64,000 nucleotides of DNA. Origin: Ascidiella aspersa. Its lineage: Eukaryota. Location of the stretch: positions 7,750,001 to 7,814,000 of the forward strand of contig OZ004608.1 of the NCBI GenBank assembly GCA_963924565.1, written 5' to 3'. This document shows, piece after piece, positions 51,889-64,000 of the stretch (position 1 is the first letter of the stretch; each line of letters opens with the position of its first letter). The notes beneath the pieces are model-generated. The model did not search any database, was not told where the DNA came from, and saw nothing but the letters and a program-made list of their open reading frames with translations. Position numbers and translations under genes: made by a program.

Positions 51889-54800
51889 ATGTTTGCCTCC
51901 CTAATTTGGGTTTCACTTGCTTTGTTGCAAAACGGAGTTTCCAGTCAAGGTAAGTCCATTTCATTTAATGTACAAAGATCATTTAAATGCTTTTGAGGGC
52001 AAGCTTTCGATTCTAACTCTTGTTTAACAGCATAAATCGTCATTCCTTAAGTTTTCGTTTTCTTCGTGATTTCGTTCAACATTTAATGAATATAACAGCA
52101 TCGCAATGCTATTTTCTCGAACCGGATATGAAATATATAGCTGACAGCAGATACCTTTCGATTGCGCAAACTGTTTTTTCTAGTCTTTTTTCTGATAAGT
52201 TTCATTTCTTGAACCATTTATACGAAGTCCCGTTTCTCATGTCTGGGGTAGGTTTGTATAACTTGGTCTAGACCAGGGGTTCTTGGACTTTTTTATTGCG
52301 GACCCCTAAAATTTGTTTTTACTTCGCTCGAACCAAGGTAGGCAAGGCATTTTAGAGATGATGCCATAAGTTGACGTCACAATACAAATAGACGACTGTT
52401 TCCGGTCAACAAACATGTAGAACTGAATTATAGTTTAAATACATTCAGTGCAAAAACGTTTTATTTTTAATCAAACTCTTTTCTTTGAATATAGAAAAAT
52501 ATTTGAATTTGGACTTCATGGACCCCCTAAAACGAGTTCTCGGACACCCAAGGGGTCCATGGACCCCAGTTTAAGAACCCCTGGTATAGAAGGTTGGCCC
52601 AACGTCCAAGCAAACGTAGGGTGTCACAGAGCTGCAGAAACTTTCGCGACGGTCAGAAATTGGATGTTGTGGGCGACGCCACAGTATCCACTAGAAAAAA
52701 CTCCAGCTTATCAATGCCATAAAGGTATAAGACATCAATTTTGTTCGTTGTAGATTGCTTGCTTGATCTTCTGTTTGTCGTGGACAGTTCCGGATCGATA
52801 AGCGAAGACGATTTCAAGACGATTAAACAAGTCCTGGCCAACACTTCCGACGTTCTGGAGCCAGTCATCGGTAAGGAGTTGCAAGTCGGCATTCTGCAGT
52901 ACGGAGACAATAATGAGAAAGCGTAAGTCTGTAAATGCGAGAAAGGGTTTAAAACCGTCCGAAATGAAGTGTCTGTGTCGCACAAGAATAAGCCTGGCTA
53001 TTGTAATCGAAGTGGCTATTTGACCGAATCGCTTTTTACGCTTGTGCCAATACGTGATTATTTAAGCTAAGGTTGGGGGTTAGTTAGCGTTTGCGTTTGG
53101 GGATGATAATATTATATTTATTTTACGAGTTTGGCATGATTCCAGTTGATGATTATTTGTCGATTTAAACTAATTTCGTGTCCGGGTAAATAGGCTTTTT
53201 CTGAAACTATGACGTGACTAACTTACGTTCAAGAAACCAGTAGACATGGTTCCGTGAGTTTCACTTTATTTAACCGCACATAATACAAATTCAGAATACT
53301 ATTTCTCATATAAACTATGATATCATTCCGTATACACCAGCTGTGTAATGTTGCGACGCGTTTGGCGATAAACTAAGATATAGGAATTCACTACATTTTT
53401 ACACCAAAGTCAATTTATTTTTTGGTATTTAAAAAAAAATCATCAATTGTTGAAGTTTTGCGCGACGCACACTTCGATAACCCTAAAATACACATTACAG
53501 GCCAAAATCTGCTCATCACCTGTTTTTAAAACTTTATGGCATTACATACGCGTTTATCTAAGGAAAAATAACTTGTTCGTTAGGTAACAAGAGTAAAGTT
53601 TAGCGGGAACTTTAGGTCAAAGATGATAATATATATATTATTTTTTTTGTTTGTTTTCGATAATATATATCTTTTTTTTTTATCATCTTGTTTTTTTTGT
53701 TTTTTTTAGGAACTCTGGGAAATATATTTAGACTTAACATCATGTTTATCAGCACATAGTAGCAAAGTAATCAGGTCGGACTACCATGCTATGTTGTTCT
53801 CCTTCAGTTGTGTCGTTTTTTGTTTGTTTGTTTTTTGTGCTGATCGGTTTGTCCGCAGCGAAGTGGCCCCAAGCCTAAAATATATGGAGAGAGACACGCA
53901 GTTAAACAGGACAACAAACGACCTTCAACGAGCAATGTTGACAGATGTTTTCGCCAACCTCTGTCAAGTCGAAACAAAATCTCAAATTCTCTTCCTTTTT
54001 GTTTAGCCCCAACCACGAATCTTTCAATACGAATTACTACAAAACGCCGCTGAAACTTGGTGAATGCAACACCACAGCCTGCTACCGGACAGCAATAGAT
54101 ATAAAGATGAAACACATGTATTCGGGAAACACTTATACAGCATTAGCGATTAAAAGATCTGTAAAGGTAAGAACTATCTCACTTAAATGTAAATTACCAT
54201 AGAGAACAGCACAAGTTTTTTGTTAAATGTCGCACCAAATCTTGTTGAACGAATATTTTTCGAATTCTACGACACTTCTTAAACAACCTAAAAAATTTTA
54301 AACAATTTGAAAATAACTTTACCCATCATTAAAACGCATTATTATCTCATCCATTTGTACTCTCCCGAGAATCTTTGTGGATTTCATTCAGTAACGTTCT
54401 TATCGTTATGTTTGTCAATAATACCGACCAATAACATAAAACACAGAAAGCAAAACCGAACTGAGGGAAAGAGTCGCATAAGTTTTGTGCAGGGCACGAG
54501 AGAGTTTAGTATTTCTTGTAGTATCGGAACCTAAAGTATATATACCTTTTCAACGACACTGTAATGGTTGATATCGTTCGCGTTGGGAATTAATTTTGAT
54601 ATTTTCAAATATGAATTTTTAAATTTATAATATGCTTCTCACTTCCTCGCTGTTACGCGTTTGGACATAGCTTTTATCATAGGTTTCAACCTTCTTTACT
54701 TTATTTTTATTAAAAGTTGGAGTTTCCTGAAACCAAGCGAACCAGCCCTTCAACGAAAGTATTAATTCTTGTAACAGACGGAGATGCGACCGACAAAAGC

Positions 54801-57800
54801 AACCTGATGAACAGGTAGCTATTTTAAGTGTATTTGTACCTTTTTAGGTTTATATATTGTGTATTTTATCTGTAATTTCGTGACAAATGATACCCAATAC
54901 CTGCTGGAATATAAATGTGCGATACTGGAGTGAAGAGGATTTAATGTCAAATTAATATAGTTGTTTCATGGTTTAGTTCTAACACGGTGTTTCCATACTT
55001 AAAAATTTTACCTGGACAAAACCAAAGTAATTCCCATTTCACTTTTTTAACGCTAACGATTAGCCTATACGTTACAAATATGTGTCCAATGTTCCTGATA
55101 TTTTGAAGAGCCAAAATGGACTCCTCTCAACAACTAAATATAGTTATTTGTGCAAACTTAGATGAAATAGTTGCCGTTTAATAAAATTCTTTGCAGTTAC
55201 CAAACCCAAACCTTAACAAAACTGAATTTGGCTCAAATCACCTTATATTTCGTTTTAATTTAAACTATTTTGTTTTTTACTTTAATAACTACGTTAATGG
55301 TATCTTACCCTTAGTATGGGAATCAAATCAAAGGTTTTGTTTTTACCCAGTTATAACCTTACGAAAGCCAACAACATCACCGTGTACGTGGTCGGAGTAG
55401 GAGACATATCTTTGCCTGATCTTCGAATCAGCGCCAACGGTGGAGTGTCCGACGACAGAGTCTTCAACCTGTCCGACTACAAGGCACTCAACCAAGTGCT
55501 GAGAACGATCATCGAAAATGTTCTGGCCGACTGCATAACAAGTGGGTCCTGATTAAAATCACAAACTTGAACAGCCTGTTGTAACGGTAGAGTTTTATAG
55601 AGAGCCGTTTAGGTGACGTCTTGCTTTGAAACTTAAGCGTGGTTAAATGAGTGTTCGGTTTACACTTTAGCAAGTTGGGGACAAGAAAAAACAATCATTT
55701 TGCCTGAGAAGAGCAACGTCATCGCGGCGTGTAAAAGTTAGCACAAAATGCGTGAAAGACGAATTACAGAAAAAACTTTTCGAAAGTGTCTTGTAAGCTA
55801 GCAGAAAGTTTTAGTGGCTTTTGGACCATTGCAAAAAGCTTTTATTAAACTGAAGGTAAAACGAACTCATCCAATATTTTAACCGACCAACTTAAAACAT
55901 TTAGAAAATCAACACAAAATCTTATACTAAATTAAATTTAAGCCCATATAGAAGTAAGTAGCATTTTAAATTTTGAATGTCTGTTTATTTATTTACAATG
56001 AATAAAGATATATAAGAAACGTTTATAGTTCTACTATACATCTGTATGAACTTTGATATTCTTACTACGTTTCATAGAACCTACAACCATTACGCTCCAA
56101 CTAGATTCAGTTTGTAACAATATTTCTAAATACATAATTTTCAGCAACCACTCCTCAAACTTCAACCGCGATGGATCCTACGGTACAATCAACAGTGGTT
56201 ACAAGCGCACTACAAACAACAATAACAACAGCAACGACAGAAACAACACCGATGACAGCAGCATCTGCTACAACAGCTACAACTGCAACAATAACAACAG
56301 CAACGACAGAAACAACACCGATGACAGCAGCATCTGCTACAACAGCTACAACAGCAACAACAGAAACAACACCGATGACAGCAGCATCTGCTACAACAGC
56401 TACAACAGCTACAACAGCAACAATAACAACAGCAACGACAGAAACAACACCGATGACAGCAGCATCTGCTACAACAGCTACAACAGCAACAATAACAACA
56501 GCAACAACAGAAACAACAGCGATGANNNNNNNNNNNNNNNNNNNNNNNNNNNNNNNNNNNNNNNNNNNNNNNNNNNNNNNNNNNNNNNNNNNNNNNNNNN
56601 NNNNNNNNNNNNNNNNNNNNNNNNNNNNNNNNNNNNNNNNNNNNNNNNNNNNNNNNNNNNNNNNNNNNNNNNNNNNNNNNNNNNNNNNNNNNNNNNNNNN
56701 NNNNNNNNNNNNNNNNNNNNNNNNNNNNNNNNNNNNNNNNNNNNNNNNNNNNNNNNNNNNNNNNNNNNNNNNNNNNNNNNNATCAGCAGGGAATACAACG
56801 GCATTGGTTCCAACTACAGACATATCTACAGCTACACGTCAGGGTCGAATCATAACAACTGCTGAAACAGGTTATCCACGTAATAAGTTCGAATACATTA
56901 AATTTATATTTTATTTTATCAAAATGTGAACGAAAGCTTTATATTCGAAATCAAGGGTTAAAAATCGACTGATCAACTTAATTATAGACAGTTTTCTATT
57001 ACAAAATAATCGTGTTAACTTCATAATATTGCTCTCATCAGTTTTATCAACATCAGTTTTAATGACTGTTGACGGTAAAAATGAAATATGGTGTTGGCAA
57101 TTGATAAAATGGAAAAACAGTAATGGATACGTTTGACAGCATTAACACTAGCCTACGGGTAAAACTAGCCACCCAAAACGCAACAAGACTTTAGTCTATA
57201 CTATTTATCGTTATCCTATATGAAAAGTGATGGCTTGATATAAAATCAGATCGAAAACGTATAACGAAACCATGCGCTAGAGTGACTAGACCATATATTC
57301 GAAAAAAACAATATCGGTATTCACAAAAGCTAGATCATACGTTCTGATTAAAAATTGCAGCTGCTCCTGCCAGAAAAATGGCTTCACCGCGGCTAAATAA
57401 ACCCTACATCTTTATAAAACGAAATCACCTTTATAAACTGGTAAAAATATGCATTGTTTATCAAAAATATATATCCACCAATGACTCTTTTTTTTCATTA
57501 TGCGAAGCAGAGCCTCTCCCGCTTGACATCACAGCCTACGCCGCTGTGCAGCAACTCTGCCGTGTGTCGCCCAGCGGTTGCCTCTTTTCCAACTCTTCAG
57601 ACTTACGCGTCCAGCAGCTAAACCAGGGCCAGCGGGCTGCCGTGAGCCCGACCAAGTCTGTAACACCCAGCGGACGCTGCTCTTCGATCCAGGGCTTGGA
57701 AAAGGCCGAAAACTTCAGCGCATTTGTGGCCTTCAAGAGCGCCAACTTCTCCGAGCTCCTGCCCTTGCTAAACCGCAGCGCTTGGCCTTTAAGAGGCAGC

Positions 57801-60800
57801 GAGATACTGAACATCGAAATCCCGCTGCTACAGTTGATCAAGGTGCTCACGCCCGTGTCGTTGGCCGTCAACTACTCGGTTGAGCCCGGCTGCACGCGCC
57901 ACTCTTCGCGGGAAATTGCTCCCTCAAATACCGCGGCTGCTCAGCCCGACGATGTTCGCTTCTTGAGCGCGCGGATGACCTGCGTCTTCGTCAACACGGC
58001 GCTTAACAAGTGAGTTTCAGTCAGTTTGTTTCTTTTTGCGTGGTAATCTATTTGTTAAACTTTTTTGTTCTTGTATTTTTAGTTTTATCTGTTCATGCAG
58101 TGTCATTTATTCATTTTAGTTAGGTTTTGAGGGTTTTCGTACGGTCTTGTCCGTTTTAACCAGTTTTACTTACTTCAGTTTTTGACCTGTTTTTGAGGTT
58201 TTCCGTTTCGTCCGATTTTAACCTTTTTGCAAGTCATGTATTAACTGTTGAATGTCAGAAGTAGGGTTTCCCACTCTTGTTTTCGGAATTTTGTTTATTT
58301 CTTTGTCATCCTTAGACTGTTCTTCATAAAGCTTTGGCCAGCTAAATTGTCAAAAATTTTAGCTGCTCCGTTCGTTTCCATCAAATTAACTTGAACGGTA
58401 GAGACCTTATAAATAAATAAGTGTTTTGGAGGCGTTCCGCATTTCCATATTCCGGTATTGACTATGCTTATTCCTGCATGCTCTCTTAACGACACTTGTT
58501 CTGTTTTATCTAGTAGGGTTAAATTTATAACCTTTTTACGAACATTTATTTTATTATTTCAACCCAAATTAACTAGGATTTGGATTTAATTGCGATTGAT
58601 GGTAACTTTTTTTAGTCATAGTAGCTTTTTATTACACCTGACATGATGTTTATACCGAAGATACATGTACATCTGTGTGTATTGAAAATGATCCATTTCT
58701 TTGTTACTTGCATGGTTTTTCTCAACCTCTAGTCTAAACACTGAATAAAATAAGGACATATATATAATTATGGATTAAATAAACGTAACCTAATCCTTTA
58801 CTGCTTTTGTGAAGGTTTTCAACCTCGGGCATCGCAACACTGAACGCTGATACCCTGAATGCTACCTGTCACTCAAACCACTCGACCGTGTTCGCCGTTC
58901 TCCTCTCCTTCGAAACTTTCACAACACCTCAGCACGTCAAGGTGAGAAAATTACTTGATCCGTGTGATAAGTATTAAATGAATGAAATTGACATGCTCAA
59001 AGTGCCACCAATGTACCGCAAAATCGTTTTGATCAGTTGCCTTTGGCAAAATTACGTAATGTTACTCTCTATCGCAAACAAGTAATTTTATCGTTTGCTT
59101 AACTGGGAATTAATTATGCCAGTCTTTTTAAAGCTTAACTAGCTGTTTACCAATGCTTACCGCGATCGCAAAGTTCTGATACAGCAATAAACCACTAATT
59201 TCGTAAAAACACAGAAGCCGTTAAATTGTTCGGTTTGCAAACTTATTTCTAATATTATATACAACTCAAGCATTTGACTGTTTTTTTAAACATAAAAAAG
59301 CCTGTTGGTCTTTTGAGCAGGTTGATCCGCAGTATTGCGCGACATTCAAAACTGATTTAAATTTTGACAAATGTGACTAAGAATTCGTTTTACTACTTGT
59401 TGTATACGAATTGAATTGGAAATTTATTCTACAAATGAAACCTCAATAATTTGTTTAAAGCCCATTGGATTTTTTGTTGACATCGCTCTCTTGCATATAC
59501 AGAGTGAAAATAATGCAACATCTAAAAACAAACTAGAAAATGAAATTATCAACGATAATAAGACTGTACTTCGTTTGCGTTAACAAATTATAAAGTGTTT
59601 TTTTTTTAATTGGGTACTTATTCAACCGGTAATCGTTGGAGCAGAGCAGCCCATATGTTCGCAAAACTTTAAGGATACATCTTACACTAACTATTACCTT
59701 ATTACAGTATATATCGTACGCCGTGGAGGTTGTCTCCATCTTCTGTCTCCTGGCCACCATCCTGGTCCTCTTGAGAGTCCGGAGGCGTCTACGCTCGGCT
59801 CGCACCTTCATCCAGATCAACCTCTGCTCCTCCCTGCTCGCTCTTCACTTCTTCGCGCTCTTCAGCGACGCAGCGGTGAACAATTGGTCGGCTTGCGAGA
59901 TGATAGCAGTCCTCATCCAATTCTTCCTCGTTAGCTCAGGTTAGAAAGCGAAGGGTTTAATCGATGGTTATTTACCGGAAAATGAGTAGCATTAGTACTT
60001 GTTTCGTCGCGCGACATATTATTTTCAATTGCATAGAAAGTCCACTGTTACGGCGTATGCGATACCAGTGGATTGTAATTGAATCAAGCAAACAGCAACT
60101 TGCTCCTAACTAAACCGAACAATTGAAAACTTTATGTAAAAGGCTAGGCTGCAATAGTGAGTATGATTGCAAGGCGTAAAGAACTCGCACATAAAGACTA
60201 TAGGTTTAGGTACAAAAACTTGATAAAACCCCATGATAAAAACAGCAGTTCATTTAAGGTTGAAGTTAATTCTCTTATCGGTCAAATTTGCTTCTTATAA
60301 ACAGTAAATTCAATTTCTTTACCGGTCATATTTTCTTCTTTTAAATATAGCGACTCAAATCTCACTGTAGTTTGCTGTAAATGTAGGCACCGTTTTTACA
60401 CAACCAGGCACATAATCAAGTTTCCACTTAGCAGAAAGTGCAACAAGCTGCCTCATGTTGTTTCAGCTGCCTGGATGCTGCTTGAGGGACTTTCGCTGCT
60501 GGCCAAGACCTCGGGCAACGCGCTACGTTTGGAAAAAGAGCGGCGCCTTCACATGCAGCAGCTCCTTCTGGGCTGGGCTGTACCGGGCGTTGTAGTATTG
60601 GCCTCGGCGGCTGCAGGATTCGCCACAGGCACCTACATGGATGCCACTCCTACACTGGCCACGACTGCTCTCTCATTTGCACCTAAGTACGCTAAGTGCT
60701 GGATTAAGCCTAAATCTCTTGTACTGGTGTTGGGGGTCATCGTTCCAGTCGCCTTGGCTGTTGTAGTAAACCTGGCGATCCTGATTCGTGTCGGGGTTTT

Positions 60801-62319
60801 CGTGTTTGGAATGAGCAAGAAGACGGACAAGTTTAAGCCGACCGCAGAACGAGGGAGTTGCGGGAATCTGATCGGAGTCAACACCGTCCACGTACGAGCT
60901 TCCATGAGGGCGATGCTGCTTCTTCTGCCCTCTTTGGGAATCCCATGGATCCTAGGCTTCTTGCCAGGTATGTTATACTTCTAGTGCTACCTGTACACGT
61001 GTAGGCTACTGTAAGCGTTGTCATGCGAACGCTGTGTTTTTTTGCGAAAGCCGACTATTGAAACTTATTTAGTGTTTCAAGTTAAAGTAAGATTCGGTGT
61101 TTGTAAACCTTATGAAAATACTGGAGTGCAAGTTATTTGCAAAAGGGAGTAATACTTTGTTAAAGTATTTTTTTGTTAAAGGTTGGGGCGAGCCTATATT
61201 GTGTTGTGTCGTGTTGCGTGCTTAATTAGCACTACAAAATTATCACCGGTTGCTAATTACGCCGACTGTAAATTCTAGCATTCATTATTAATTTAGCGCC
61301 TTTGTTCTTAAATGTAGGGCTAGGAATTAGGTTTTCGCATTTCGGGACAGTCGTTAGTCCACGTAACAACTGAGTTTACGGTGTAGGATAAGCGCACTAA
61401 CACGATTGGATATCCGTTATCGTTATTAATTATTTGGTTTCCCTTCACCGTTGTGACGATCCATTTTCTCTACCATTGCGTGAAGTTAATGCTAATGCAC
61501 TGGGTTACACTCGCACTAAGGTTACATGTTTCATGAACTATACTTTAATGTCAGCACAACAACTTTCATCGCTCCTAAATTTGCTTCCAGTGAAATTAAA
61601 TAGAAATAAGATAAAATAGTACACCGAAAAAAGTTTACCACAAGAAAACTATCTGGCGGCTAGGGTGGGGCAAATTAAGCAATGGCACGGAGGTATGCCA
61701 GTTAGCCTACTGTTTGTACACACAAAACTTGAACTAATGGTGATACCAGTGTCAGACGAAAATCTTGTCTTGCGCGATACGAATTTACATATATTCTTCC
61801 CTTCCCAGTAAACATACAATAGCGACAGAGTTTACTGCATTATATTCATCCATACAACGCAAGCGTGTGTGCATTAAAAAATACATGTGTTTCTCTTTTC
61901 GTTTGTTCTCAGTTACCAAGGTGATTAAAGTGTCAGACTTATCTTGCGCGATACATATTTACAGAGATAATTTCCTTATTAGTAAACACACGATAGGAAG
62001 AAAGTCTGCTATGTTATGTCCGTGTATAAAACCCAAGCTTATGTACGTTACAAATCCTAATGTGTTCCTTGTTTTGTTCTCAGTTTACCTCCACGCCTTC
62101 GTGTACCTGAACGTGATCACCAACGGACTTCAGGGACTCTACATCCTTTTAGTCTTCTGCGTCTTCAGCAAGGAGGTGCGCAAGGCGATCCACGAGGACA
62201 TCAACAAGATCAACCTGAAGAGGAGCTTCAATCCTCCCTCTTCCTTATCCAAAGATCGGAGGACCCACCCTGAGGTGGCGCCAACTCCACCTACAGTTAT
62301 GGCAACCAAGTTTGCCTGA
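51889..62319 (+). CDS. Adhesion GPCR 2: signal peptide, VWA domain, Thr-rich repeat stalk, short GAIN/GPS, 7TM; 11 exons, ~1000 aa (stalk spans a gap)
   Basis: Exons 51889-51949, 52754-52922, 54007-54166, 54717-54814, 55351-55541, 56145-56870, 57511-58009, 58815-58941, 59708-59939, 60467-60967, 62084-62319; phases consistent. Motifs: DLLFVVDSSGSI, GNTYTALAI, LILVTDG, VYVVGVG; CHSNHSTVFAVLL; QINLC, WMLLEG, GWAVP, CWI, LLPSLGIPW, NGLQG. Confidence 0.88.
52274..52583. mobile_element. hAT (Charlie-like) MITE in aGPCR2 intron 1
   Basis: CAGGGGTTCTT...AAGAACCCCTG; TSD GTCTAGAC / GTATAGAA; internal GGACCCC motifs. Confidence 0.75.
56215..56525 (+). repeat. Coding tandem repeat (TATTETTPMTAASATTA-type units) in the aGPCR2 stalk
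   Basis: At least 4 near-identical units differing by TTA or TIT indels, running into the N gap. Confidence 0.9.
56526..56781. other. Assembly gap (run of N)
   Basis: 256 N inside the stalk-repeat exon. Confidence 0.99.
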
Positions 62320-64000
62320 TCCGGTGAGGACAGATTAGGGTGTGACGTCATCGGCTTGATGTCATCTTCAAGCGTGACGTCATACGGCTTCGGTCAATCG
62401 GCAGTGGGCGGAAACCATTGTTATGTGCAAACATATTGAGGTAGATCAAAGACTTGTTTGTGGGATTTCTTGGACCCAAAATGTTTCGTGCAATTATTCT
62501 TCGTGTTTGTTCAAAATCATTGTTTGTTGAACTACACAATTGCTTTTTCGCTGAAAGTTGCTAACGATTTATATTACAACGACTTATTAAGATAAGGACG
62601 TTTTTTACGGAATTAGTGTCATAACAATAACTCGGAAATGCAGGCTGCTTTCATGTTCGCCTTTACGTTTCTTTTATATGCAACTCAATGGGATGCGTGT
62701 AATATTATTTTATTGTTCTTTTGTTTCTTTATATTTCGTGCATTTTCTTTTCTTCCTATTTTATTGATTTTTTATTTTTTACCTGCTTCATGAGCGCATA
62801 TTCTTGTTGTGGTTGTTAAGATGCAAGTTCAATATTAGTTTTGACTTTGTGCTAATTTAAAAGTTTTTCGCGAACTTTAAAGACTATATGCCTGACATCC
62901 AGCAATTGAAATGCTGAGCAAAGTGGTCAAGGGGAAACGATTTTAAATTAAAATGCCGCGTTAATAGCCAGACCACAAACAAGTAAAACAGATAAACATA
63001 AAATTGGGATATTTGTCAAGTACTTGGCTGGCATAAGTAATCATTACATTTTGCAAGCTAAACCAGCTCTAATGGGTTTACAAAACCTTTTTTGATAATA
63101 AACCCGTTTGCTTTAGACTTATTTCCAACGTTCTAGATTTTGCTTTATAAATACTATTGACACTGTTTACCTTTTATTAAATAAACTTGTTATTTATCAT
63201 GTGAATTAACTTGTTATTTCAAAGACACAGTCGTGGTTGTTCCACCGTATAGGTCAATAGGACAGCACGATGAGTTATGTGCAATATGATGTAGGTCACA
63301 TTAATATAAAAACCTGAAATATTATTGTTATGCAACACATGTGGCCTCATATAGTACAGCCATTTTGTCAAGTGCTTTTTAAGTCATGGTCGCCGCCGTT
63401 GAATGTATTGCCATGATCTACCGCAGGAGATAACATAGCTCATTTAAATGCGATTACTAAGAGAGATTGCTCTAAAATGTAACAAAAGTGTCCGAACAAT
63501 AAAAAGATCGATAATATCCGATCGAAACCGCCCGAAACTAGAAAGGTACCGGCGCCGATCCGATATTAAACTGGCATTGGTAAATTAACCACAGTATCTA
63601 AGCCTCTCAATGCTAAGGCACTGTTTGGTCAAATAAGCTCCGAAAATGTTCTGATTTCATAATATACGAAGTATTGGCATCCCGATATAGTCAAAATAAG
63701 TAAACTCGAACTTTTAAACTAATTTTATTGTCCTAAATGTGTTTACTTTATTTGAAGTTTTCGAGTGACATGTAATTTGCCGCTAACGCTTTGCTATTAG
63801 ATTACGCTAAACAAATGTTGTTTTTGACTTAGTTAGTCTGTTAAAACGTTTTAAACCTAATGTGTATCTACAAATTACCAATAAAGGATATCGTTTTGTT
63901 ATGAAAACGAATTGAACCCGTTTAGTCAGCCAAGTAAAGACCCCTCTTGATGGATTGTTGTTTTTGAAAGAAAATCATCTGTTTTCCAAAAAAGCCCGCT

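Overview
AT-rich animal genomic DNA with GT-AG introns and many small non-autonomous DNA transposons. An ascidian/tunicate origin is inferred from gene compactness and operon-like spacing, not proven. Six protein-coding genes were spliced by hand with consistent exon phases. Two are housekeeping genes lying very close on the minus strand: DPH5 (6 exons) and intronless MRPS7. Two are a head-to-head inverted pair of paralogs (8988-14805 minus, 16525-25671 plus). In each, a non-RD RIPK/IRAK-like kinase is spliced through short linker exons to a C-terminal TPR-like helical domain; the ORF track shows these as four separate ORFs. The last two are tandem adhesion GPCR paralogs sharing an unusual GPS motif and 7TM but carrying different N-terminal modules (C-type lectin-like vs VWA) on Thr-rich stalks. 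The best candidate for an undescribed system is the kinase-TPR pair: conserved kinase, faster-diverging TPR domain, a duplicated YxxL linker exon and a possible kinase-only isoform, which together suggest a lineage-specific intracellular sensor. All coordinates and identity figures are manual and need computational confirmation.
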